Below are positions 18,780 through 26,641 of a stretch of DNA of 64,000 nucleotides, in pieces (the first letter of the stretch is position 1; each line of letters begins with the position of its first letter). Made by a program: the position numbers and the translations under genes. The notes under the pieces are model-generated. The model saw only the letters and a program-made list of their open reading frames with translations, had not been told where the DNA came from and did no database searches. The stretch comes from Sphingomonadales bacterium (GTDB lineage: Bacteria; Pseudomonadota; Alphaproteobacteria; Sphingomonadales; Sphingomonadaceae): assembly GCA_038225475.1 (NCBI GenBank), contig JBBRRA010000004.1, positions 168,710-232,709 on the forward strand, written 5' to 3'.

Positions 18780-19651
18780 GCGTCAGCCAGGGCGCGGTCG
18801 TGGCCGCAGCCCGGCGGCTTGGCGGCGGCGGGGACCTGACTGCGTTCGAGGCCGCGGTGGCAGGGCTCGATTTGACTGCCGCAAGCCGCCTGACGCGCGA
18901 CGGCTGCCCCGTCGAATTCGCGTTTTCATCGAGCGACGCGCATTTTCGCACAACGGTCGATCCGCTGCTGGGGGTGGCGGATTGCCACCACCGGCTGCGG
19001 CGGCTTGGAACGATGGCGGGCGCTGCCGCTGCCGAATGGTTGACGCGGTGCGAGCGGGCGCAGCACGGTGCCGCGCTGCGTTGGGGGGCGTGGCTCGGCC
19101 TGCGAAGCCTCGATGCCGGGCTTGGTGCGAAACTCTATGCGGAAATTCCGCGCGGTGCCGTGATGGCCGCGCCGCGCGCGCCGGCGGGCGGGCGGTTGAC
19201 GATGACCGGGTGCGATTTAAGCAACGGCATCGAAGAATATTATTACGCGCTGCCAGAAGTTTCCGAAACGCAACTGATGTTGGTCGCGAACGCGGCGGGG
19301 GTGGCGCGGGGCGATGCGCTGCTCGATATGCTGCAGCAGTGCTGGTCGCTGCCGATCACCACCGCGCTGGCGTGGCAGACGCTTGGGGTCAGCCTGCGCT
19401 GTCGGGGCGGCGTGCCGGTGCCGGGTCTCGCCGTACATTTCAACGCCGCAGCACTCCCCGATGGCAACGCCTATGTGCGCCGCGCCATGCTCGGACAAGT
19501 ATCGCCAGGCTACCGCGCGCTATGGGGCGACGACGCTGCCGATAGTCCCGATCACGGCCTCGTCAGCGTCGCAGCATCGTCCGATGCAACCGAAATCCGC
19601 TGTGGCGTCAGCGCGAGTGCGGTCGTCGCCGCTTGCCGTGTCGCCGCCTGA
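18776..19651 (+). CDS. hypothetical protein, possible ABBA/DMATS-like aromatic prenyltransferase fold
   Basis: TTGA overlap with the P5 stop. SRLTRDGCPVEFAFS resembles the DMATS SxxTxDxxPxExS motif; KLYAE resembles the KxY motif. The ORF is likely real; the function is weakly supported. Confidence 0.55.
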   Translation: MSVSQGAVVAAARRLGGGGDLTAFEAAVAGLDLTAASRLTRDGCPVEFAFSSSDAHFRTTVDPLLGVADCHHRLRRLGTMAGAAAAEWLTRCERAQHGAALRWGAWLGLRSLDAGLGAKLYAEIPRGAVMAAPRAPAGGRLTMTGCDLSNGIEEYYYALPEVSETQLMLVANAAGVARGDALLDMLQQCWSLPITTALAWQTLGVSLRCRGGVPVPGLAVHFNAAALPDGNAYVRRAMLGQVSPGYRALWGDDAADSPDHGLVSVAASSDATEIRCGVSASAVVAACRVAA

Positions 19652-20516
19652 CGCCGCCATCGCGTTCCTTGTCGCGCAGCAGGACCGCGACGGTGCCTGG
19701 CGCGATTTCGCGCTGACGCCAGGCGTGTCCGATGCGTGGACGACGGCCTATGTCGGGCTGGCGCTGGCGGCAGCGGCGCAGGCGCAGCTGGTCGTGCCAC
19801 CACACGCGATTGCGGCGGCGTGCGGTTTTCTGCATGCCGCGCGTCGGCCCGGGGCAGGGTGGGGGTATAATCTGCGGTGTCCGGCCGATGCCGATAGCAC
19901 CGCGCTTGCGTGCCTGCTGCTGGCAGCCGCGGGGCAACGCCTGCTGCCGGGCGACTATGCCGCGCTGGCGCGGTTCCAGTGCAACGATGGTGGCTTTGCG
20001 ACCTATCGTTTTGCCGGGGCCGACCATCGCTGGTGCCGACCGCATGCCGAGGTCACTGCGACCGCGTTGCGGGCGCTGCGCGCGCTGCTGCCGCCGGGGC
20101 ATGAACGGATGCGCCGGGGCGGTGCGTGGCTCGACAGGGCAGGGTCGGTGCCGCGGCCTTATTGGTGGGCGACGCGCGCCTATCTCGACCTTGAGCTGCG
20201 GCGGCTGGGGCGCACAGTGTCACCTGCCGGTGATCTGGACGTCGGCGGCTGTTTCGAATTGGCGTTGCGGCTGGAGGCAGCAGCGATGTCGGGCTGTCCG
20301 ACAGCGGCGCTGCACGACGCGCTGACCGAACGGCAACTGCCCGATGGCAGTTGGCCGGTGGTGCCGATGCTGCGCGTGCCCGATCCGCATTGCGAACACG
20401 CTGCCGAGCGCTTGTTCGGCGATCAGCGCGCCAGCTTCACGACCGCGACGGCGCTGTCGGCGCTCGCCGCGCTCAGGCGGTCACGCCGAGGCTGGCGAGC
20501 AGCGGCGGATCGATAA
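19638..20516 (+). CDS. prenyltransferase/squalene-cyclase repeat protein, single-domain class II terpene cyclase-like (292 aa)
   Basis: QW-type repeats FLVAQQDRDGAW, FLHAARRPGAGW, LARFQCNDGGF, LTERQLPDGSW; DADSTA in place of DxDD. GTG 19638 overlaps the upstream stop; the track start at 19314 looks like shadow sequence. Confidence 0.8.
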   Translation: MSPPDAAIAFLVAQQDRDGAWRDFALTPGVSDAWTTAYVGLALAAAAQAQLVVPPHAIAAACGFLHAARRPGAGWGYNLRCPADADSTALACLLLAAAGQRLLPGDYAALARFQCNDGGFATYRFAGADHRWCRPHAEVTATALRALRALLPPGHERMRRGGAWLDRAGSVPRPYWWATRAYLDLELRRLGRTVSPAGDLDVGGCFELALRLEAAAMSGCPTAALHDALTERQLPDGSWPVVPMLRVPDPHCEHAAERLFGDQRASFTTATALSALAALRRSRRGWRAAADR

Positions 20517-21297
20517 CGCCGTCGCCCAGCCCATGCTGGCGGCGATATTGCAAGATCGCTGCCATCGACCGCTGCCCCAGCACACCGTCTGCCGCGCCGA
20601 TCTGATCGAAGCCCGCGGCGCGCAGCGCTTTTTGCACCGCGATAATTGTCGACAGCGGTGGCAGCACCGGCGGCGGCGGTGCCGACAGCACGCGGCGTAC
20701 CTTGTCGAGCCATGCCTTGCGCTCCGGAAGCCCGGTGACGCCGCCGTTGATACGCCGGGTGGCGGCAGTGAAATCACCGGTGTCGGCGATGGTGTTCAGC
20801 CCCTTCCAAGACCAGAAGGCGCAGGCCGCGACCAATGCCGTGTCGGGCGCTGCGGCGAGTTCCGGCTGGCCGACAAGGTCGATGGCGGCGACCCTGCCAA
20901 CCTGGGCATAGCCGTCGCGGCCGGTCAGCTGGAGCAGCCCGCGCCCGCGATACCGAAAGCCGTCGCCGCTGCCCGCTGGCTGATTGCCCATGCGGCCCCC
21001 ATAGACCATGTCGCCCAGTTTTTCGGGGTTGCCCGCGCACTCGGCGGCAGCGCCAAGGCTTGGAAAGCGGCGCGGCCAGACGGCGCACAGCCGCTGCGCG
21101 CTATAATTTAGATTTTCCTCGACGCGCGTCAGCCCGTCGGTTTCATGGCCGATCTGTGCGAGCAGGAAGTGCAGCCGGTCGCCATCGGCGCCGATTTCGA
21201 AGCGCGCGAAAACCTCCTCCTGCTGCGCCGCGATCGCCGTCAGCAGGGGCGGCATCCCATGCGGAAATAATTCACGCAAAACCGCTGGCGTCAGCAT
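20473..21297 (-). CDS. glycoside hydrolase family 19 (lysozyme/chitinase) with C-terminal peptidoglycan-binding domain
   Basis: LAQIGHETDGL, YRGRGLLQLTGRDGY, TRRINGG; C-terminal VQKALRAAGF..ADGVLG..AILQYRRQHGL; no signal peptide. Confidence 0.9.
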   Translation of the reverse strand: MLTPAVLRELFPHGMPPLLTAIAAQQEEVFARFEIGADGDRLHFLLAQIGHETDGLTRVEENLNYSAQRLCAVWPRRFPSLGAAAECAGNPEKLGDMVYGGRMGNQPAGSGDGFRYRGRGLLQLTGRDGYAQVGRVAAIDLVGQPELAAAPDTALVAACAFWSWKGLNTIADTGDFTAATRRINGGVTGLPERKAWLDKVRRVLSAPPPPVLPPLSTIIAVQKALRAAGFDQIGAADGVLGQRSMAAILQYRRQHGLGDGVIDPPLLASLGVTA

Positions 21298-21394
21298 GGT
21301 GCACACCCTTCCGGCCGAAGTTCGAAAGCTCCGCGCGCGGCACTCCCGGACGCGAACACCTTAGCATCAAATGCCCTGAAAGTCCGCCGTCCGA

Positions 21395-23905
21395 TTACGG
21401 GTGCGCGGGCTTGTCGGCCGGGATCAGTGCGCCGGGCCACAGCGTCGTACCGGCGGAGCGAAACGCCGCCGCGGCGACTTCGCGACCCAGCGCGGCATAG
21501 CTTTCCCACTGGGTCTCGTCATAAAATTGGTCGAGCGTGGTCTGATGCGGGAACGCCGCGCCGCCGCCGTCGCGGCTGCGCCGCTGGTAATCGCACAGGT
21601 CGCGCGGCATCGCAGCGGTGACCCGCGGCTTCAGGACCACCAACAGCCCGCTGCGCCCGCTGCGATAGGCGATAGTGGCGAGCGCGGCGACCGCGTCGGG
21701 GTGATCGATGAACCCGGCAGGCGGCGCAAAGCTGGCGCGCAACAGCGGGTCATGGCTAAACCGCCCATCGAGCGCGGGGCCGTCGGCAAAGGCGATTTCG
21801 GCCCCGAAGTCGATGCGGACCTTGCGGATCAAGTCGGCGATGCCCGAAAACCGATAGCTCGGGTCCTCGCTGCTATCGACCGCGACGATCAGCGCCAGTT
21901 CGCGGCGCACGAGCTCGTAAATGCCGCTGTTGTCGAAATGGCCGCCGTCGCTCAGATTCCAGCGCGCGAGGTCGGAGCCGTCGAACTCGGCGAAGAATTC
22001 GCGGTAGAGGTAATTTGGCACAAGGTCGTTCAGCCCGGTGGGCACTGACAGCCCGCTGCTGCGGCTCGATCGCCACCAATAGCCGAGCCGGGCGTTGACG
22101 AGCCCGGTCAGGAGCGAGTGGACCGTGCTGGTATAGCTGCCCATGCCCGTCGAGACCGCCGCGCCCGAGATTGCGACCCATGTCGACATCGGCAACGGCT
22201 CGCCGTCGTCGAACGCGATATGGCCAAGGCCATTGCCCGCGCGCTCGTCGGTGTACAGTACGCCCGCGGGGCCGACCGTCAACGCCTTGGCATGGCGGTC
22301 GCGCTGGATGATGTTCGAGGCGCTGCCGCGCGTGGCGTTGAGCGAAATGTTAATCAGGTGCACCGGCGCGCCCGACGCTGCGAAATACGCCTGTGGCTGC
22401 ACATCGTCATGTTCTTCGCTGTCGGTGACCATCCGCGTGCGCTGCTGCGCGGCGCGGTCGTGATCGCCGATGCGAAACGGATTGCTCGCCCCCAGATACG
22501 CCCGGCGTAGCCGACCGGCATAGAATGTCGATAACGACGACAGGTTGAGGAACGAATAGCTGACGCCGATGCCGAGCGTGACGATCGTTGCCGCCGCGAG
22601 CGTCACCCAGCGATTGTCGATGCCGATCCGGTCGGCAAACGCCCAGGCGATCGGATCGGCCATCACCAGCCAGTGCGCGAGCGCGATCCACGCGATCGTC
22701 AGCCAGATCGCAAAGCCCGAGGTGAATACCGCCACTGCGCCGCGCGTCAGCGTCTGGCGGACGCCGGGCGTCTGGACCCGCGACCCTAGCCAGTGCGCCA
22801 CCGGCAGCGCTAGCGCGCCAGCACCCGGCGCAAAGCTCAGGTTCACTTTGCCCCAGTGCGGCGTCACCGTGCACAGCAGATAGGCGAGCGCGTCGGCGGC
22901 CCCGAGCGCGGCTGCGAACAACAGCAGCTTCAGTCCGAACGCGAGGCTTTTGGTCAGGCGAACGCGCGCCGCGTCTTCGCGCGCGATGCGCTTGGGCTGC
23001 GGATCGTTGGCGTCCGATGCGGCAACCGGCGCGCGCGCGCTCCATGCATAAGCGGTGAGCGCGCCGATCGCGGCCATCGCAATCAGCACGCTGTCGAGAA
23101 GCGCCGCAAGTGTGTGTGCACGCCACGCAGCGAAGCTCGCCCAGATCGCAATCGTCAGCGTCCAGATTGATGCGAAACTGACGAACCGCGAGACGCCGGC
23201 GGGTACGAAGTCGCGCCGCGTCAGCCAATAGGCCCAGCCCGATGCAACGCACAGCAACGCTGCGCCGATCGCGACCACGAGTTCGGGCAACAACCAGTGG
23301 CTGAGCGCAACGCCGCTTCCTGCGATACTGCCCGCCGCATGCGCCGCCCAGCGCGCCTCGAGCCCGAGGTGCAGCGCGCGCGACAGCAGCCGCCGCAGGC
23401 TGTCCATCGTCAGCGCCAGCGCCAGCAGCGTCAGCCCGAGCACGATCTGCAGCGTTACCCAGTTTCGCGCCAGCAGCCCGAAGGCGTACAGATAGTCGCC
23501 TGCACCCGACGGGGCGAGGTAGCGCGCCGATTGCCGCAACCACGCCACGGCGTTCAGCGCCCGCGGCGTGCCGAGCACATCGCCGTCATACGAGCCGTCG
23601 GGCGCCTTGCCGATGATCGGCGCAGCATCGCCGCGAGCCACGAACAGCCCACCATAGAACCCGCCGATGTAGCTGCCGCCCGACACCGTCGACAGGAAAT
23701 CGAAGCGGTGCAGCAGGTGATGGTGCGAAAGCCCCTGCATGATCCCCAGGCTGAAAGTCGCAGCACGGATGCCGCCGCCCGACAGCGCGATGCCGATGGC
23801 TTTATGCGTTGCCGTCACGTCGATCAGCGAATAATGCGCCCGGCGACGGCGCACAGCAGCGAGTTCGATACTGTCAAACCCAAAGTTGCTTGCTGGATCG
23901 GCCAT
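21395..23905 (-). CDS. patatin/cPLA2-like phospholipase with central multi-TM region (836 aa)
   Basis: ALSGGGIRAA oxyanion loop, STVSGGSY nucleophile, LSDGGHFDN catalytic Asp; many hydrophobic helices between them. Confidence 0.88.
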   Translation of the reverse strand: MADPASNFGFDSIELAAVRRRRAHYSLIDVTATHKAIGIALSGGGIRAATFSLGIMQGLSHHHLLHRFDFLSTVSGGSYIGGFYGGLFVARGDAAPIIGKAPDGSYDGDVLGTPRALNAVAWLRQSARYLAPSGAGDYLYAFGLLARNWVTLQIVLGLTLLALALTMDSLRRLLSRALHLGLEARWAAHAAGSIAGSGVALSHWLLPELVVAIGAALLCVASGWAYWLTRRDFVPAGVSRFVSFASIWTLTIAIWASFAAWRAHTLAALLDSVLIAMAAIGALTAYAWSARAPVAASDANDPQPKRIAREDAARVRLTKSLAFGLKLLLFAAALGAADALAYLLCTVTPHWGKVNLSFAPGAGALALPVAHWLGSRVQTPGVRQTLTRGAVAVFTSGFAIWLTIAWIALAHWLVMADPIAWAFADRIGIDNRWVTLAAATIVTLGIGVSYSFLNLSSLSTFYAGRLRRAYLGASNPFRIGDHDRAAQQRTRMVTDSEEHDDVQPQAYFAASGAPVHLINISLNATRGSASNIIQRDRHAKALTVGPAGVLYTDERAGNGLGHIAFDDGEPLPMSTWVAISGAAVSTGMGSYTSTVHSLLTGLVNARLGYWWRSSRSSGLSVPTGLNDLVPNYLYREFFAEFDGSDLARWNLSDGGHFDNSGIYELVRRELALIVAVDSSEDPSYRFSGIADLIRKVRIDFGAEIAFADGPALDGRFSHDPLLRASFAPPAGFIDHPDAVAALATIAYRSGRSGLLVVLKPRVTAAMPRDLCDYQRRSRDGGGAAFPHQTTLDQFYDETQWESYAALGREVAAAAFRSAGTTLWPGALIPADKPAHP

Positions 23906-24035
23906 GCAGCACCTTTCCGGAACCGGTGAATCATGGTAATAATCAGCGACTAAGCAAATCTACTGGCGGCCTCATTACACGCAAAGTCGGCGCTCGTCAG
24001 GCAGATTGTCATGGGCAAGCTTATCGGGAGGCAGT

Positions 24036-24545
24036 ATGTCGACCTTGAACTGCGCCATCGCCGTGAAATCAACCGTTGCCGCGCTGCTGCTGGTGGGTAC
24101 GGCGCCGGCACTTGCTGCGCCCCCCGCCGGGCGCGTCGCGATCATGAACGCGCATAGTGGGCTGTGCCTCAGCCCGGCTGGCGGTGGCCGCGACCGCAAC
24201 GGCGAGATCGTGCAGTTCACCTGCGACACCGATCCGTCGCGGTTCTGGAGCTTTACCGAGATTAGCGGCAATATCGTCGAGATCACCAATCTCAACAGCG
24301 GCTTGTGCCTGACGGTTGCGGGCGGGGCCACCGACCGCAATGTTGTCTCGGTACAATATAACTGCGACGCCGATGCGTCGCGGCGCTGGCGCTATGCCCC
24401 GATCGGCGGCGGCAAGTTCCGGCTGATCAACGTCAACAGCGGGCTGTGCCTGACAATTGCCGGTGGCGGCACCGACCGCAACACCACCGCCGTGCAATTC
24501 CCGTGCGACGGCGACCCGTCGCGCGACTGGCAGATCACGCGCTGA
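24036..24545 (+). CDS. secreted ricin-B (beta-trefoil) lectin
   Basis: GGGAGG RBS; signal peptide; three repeats N..SGLCL..AGG...VQ(F/Y).CD....W. Confidence 0.92.
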   Translation: MSTLNCAIAVKSTVAALLLVGTAPALAAPPAGRVAIMNAHSGLCLSPAGGGRDRNGEIVQFTCDTDPSRFWSFTEISGNIVEITNLNSGLCLTVAGGATDRNVVSVQYNCDADASRRWRYAPIGGGKFRLINVNSGLCLTIAGGGTDRNTTAVQFPCDGDPSRDWQITR

Positions 24546-24563
24546 CCTGCCAATCGCTGCGGC

Positions 24564-25166
24564 TCAGGCGGCGAGGCTGCGGTCGCGGCGGCGCATTGCG
24601 GCCCCCGTCAGCCCGAAGCCGGTGAGCAGCAGTGCCCACGCCGCAGGCTCGGGCACGGTTCCGGTCGGGACCACACCGCCACCGGTTGTCCATGTTCCGG
24701 CGGGGCTGCGCCCGACCAATACCGTGCCGCCGATCGATGTTATGTCGAAGTGCGGCGCGGAGTTGAACAGGATCGTGTTCGAAGCATTGCTCGCCGAAAA
24801 TATCCAGGTCCGGATCGTGTTGCCGTTATGCGTGAACTCTGAATTTGGATCGAGGATGTCACCCTGCGCCGAGCTTAACGTATAGGTGCCGTTGGTGATC
24901 GACCAGTCGCTGACGAAGTGGAAACCATAGCGGAAAGCATAGAGCGTCTGGTCGCCGGCATAGCTTTGATCGAAATCGATCGCGAAGGTGAATGATGCCG
25001 TAAGCTGCGTGGTTACCGCCGGTTTTACAGTGCAGGACGATTCGACCCCCACGCAATTGATCGGCGATCCGACATAGTCGTAGATGCCGATGGTGGCGTT
25101 TGCCGCCGTAGCCGTTAAGGCCGTCGTCAGCACGAATGCCGCGATCAATGCTGTGTATCGCTTCAT
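24564..25166 (-). CDS. PEP-CTERM (PEPxxWA) sorting-signal protein
   Basis: Signal peptide MKRYTALIAAFVL; C-terminal VPEPAAWALLLTGFGLTGAAMRRR. Confidence 0.9.
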   Translation of the reverse strand: MKRYTALIAAFVLTTALTATAANATIGIYDYVGSPINCVGVESSCTVKPAVTTQLTASFTFAIDFDQSYAGDQTLYAFRYGFHFVSDWSITNGTYTLSSAQGDILDPNSEFTHNGNTIRTWIFSASNASNTILFNSAPHFDITSIGGTVLVGRSPAGTWTTGGGVVPTGTVPEPAAWALLLTGFGLTGAAMRRRDRSLAA

Positions 25167-25225
25167 GTCCGGTTCCCGTTCGCTGCCCATCGTGGTTTCG
25201 ACCTAGCAACCATGTTGGGTCCCAC

Positions 25226-25247
25226 CCATCCCCTGTTCAGGGGATGG
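25226..25247. promoter_or_regulatory. palindromic operator copy 3, perfect (CCATCCCCTG-TT-CAGGGGATGG)
   Basis: Perfect 10-bp inverted repeat, 59 nt upstream of the PEP-CTERM start. Confidence 0.7.
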
Positions 25248-25345
25248 CAGGCGGCGCGCGTGATTGAATTGCGGCACCCAGCGGCAATCATGCTAACGCT
25301 GAGCGCGCGGCGCTGCGTTCGGGCGCTGTGAACCAAGGGGCTGCC

Positions 25346-26641
25346 ATGCCGACGCCTCCCGAGCTTGATGGCGCGATCAAACAGCCTGTTCGGCCCAGGC
25401 TGCTGCAGGTGCTCGGCCCCGGGCTGATTACCGGCGCGTCGGACGACGACCCCAGCGGCATCGCGACCTATTCACAGGCGGGCGCGCAGTTCGGCTATGC
25501 GCTCGGCTGGGTGATGCTGTTCAGCTGGCCGCTGATGTGCGCGATCCAGGAGATCAGCGCGCGCATCGGGCGCGTTACCGGGCGTGGCATCGGTGGCAAT
25601 TTGAAACAGCATTATCCGCGTGCCCTGCTGTACGCTGTGGTCGCGTTGCTGGTGGTTGCCAATACGATCAACATCGGGGCCGATCTGGGGGCGATGGCGG
25701 CGGCGCTCGGGCTGCTGATCGGCGGGCCGCAGCTGGTGTATGTCGCAGGCTTCGGGCTGGTGTCGGTGCTGCTCGAGACGTTCGTGCGCTATTCGCGCTA
25801 TGTCAGCGTGCTCAAATGGCTGACACTGACGCTGTTCGGCTATGTCGGCGTGGTGCTGGTCGTCGGCGTGCCATGGGGGACGGTCGCGCGTCACCTGCTG
25901 GTGCCTGAAATTTCGTTGACGCCGGCGTATCTGACAGTCGTCGTCGCGCTGCTGGGGACGACGATCAGCCCGTATCTGTTTTTCTGGCAGGCCGAGGAGG
26001 AGGTCGAGGAGGTCAAGGAGCGCGTCCATGCCAAGCCGCTGGTGCGCGCGCCGGATCAGGCGGTGCCCGAATTTCAGCGCATTCGCATCGACACGGTCGT
26101 CGGCATGGCTTTTTCGAATGTTGTGGCGCTGTTCATCATCCTGACCACGGCGGCGACGCTGCATGCGCACGGTGTCACCGATATTCAGACCTCGGCGCAG
26201 GCGGCGGAGGCGCTGCGCCCGATTGCGGGGAAATTCGTGTTTCTCGTGTTCGGCCTTGGGATTATCGGGACCGGGCTGCTGGCGCTGCCGGTGCTTGCGG
26301 GATCGGCTGCCTATGCGCTGGGCGAGGCGGCAGGGTGGCATGTCGGGCTGGCGCGCAAGGCCCGACGCGCCAAGAGCTTTTATGCCACGATCGCGGTCGC
26401 GACGCTGGTGGGCGGTGCGCTCAATTTCACGCCGCTCGATCCGGTCAAGGCGCTATTCTGGAGCGCGGTCGTCAACGGCGTCGTTGCGGTGCCGGTGATG
26501 GTGACGATGATGCTGATGGTCCGCAGCCGCGTCGTAATGGGCGAATTCGTGTTGCCGCCGGTGCTCACCGGGCTCGGCTGGACGGCGACCGCAGTGATGG
26601 CGCTGGCCGCAATCGGCATGTTCGCCACCTGGGGCGGTTAG
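25346..26641 (+). CDS. Nramp-family divalent metal transporter
   Basis: GPGLITGASDDDPSGIATYSQAGAQFG signature; about 11 TM helices; TTISPYLFFWQ. Confidence 0.9.
   Translation: MPTPPELDGAIKQPVRPRLLQVLGPGLITGASDDDPSGIATYSQAGAQFGYALGWVMLFSWPLMCAIQEISARIGRVTGRGIGGNLKQHYPRALLYAVVALLVVANTINIGADLGAMAAALGLLIGGPQLVYVAGFGLVSVLLETFVRYSRYVSVLKWLTLTLFGYVGVVLVVGVPWGTVARHLLVPEISLTPAYLTVVVALLGTTISPYLFFWQAEEEVEEVKERVHAKPLVRAPDQAVPEFQRIRIDTVVGMAFSNVVALFIILTTAATLHAHGVTDIQTSAQAAEALRPIAGKFVFLVFGLGIIGTGLLALPVLAGSAAYALGEAAGWHVGLARKARRAKSFYATIAVATLVGGALNFTPLDPVKALFWSAVVNGVVAVPVMVTMMLMVRSRVVMGEFVLPPVLTGLGWTATAVMALAAIGMFATWGG

Noticed and set aside
19314-19637. 108-aa N-terminal extension of the cyclase-like ORF
   Set aside because: It overlaps the upstream gene in another frame and reads as nonsense; GTG 19638 gives a coupled start just before the first QW repeat.
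20473-21297. Prophage remnant suggested by the endolysin-like GH19
   Set aside because: No integrase, terminase, capsid, tail or holin genes, and no att-like repeats were seen.
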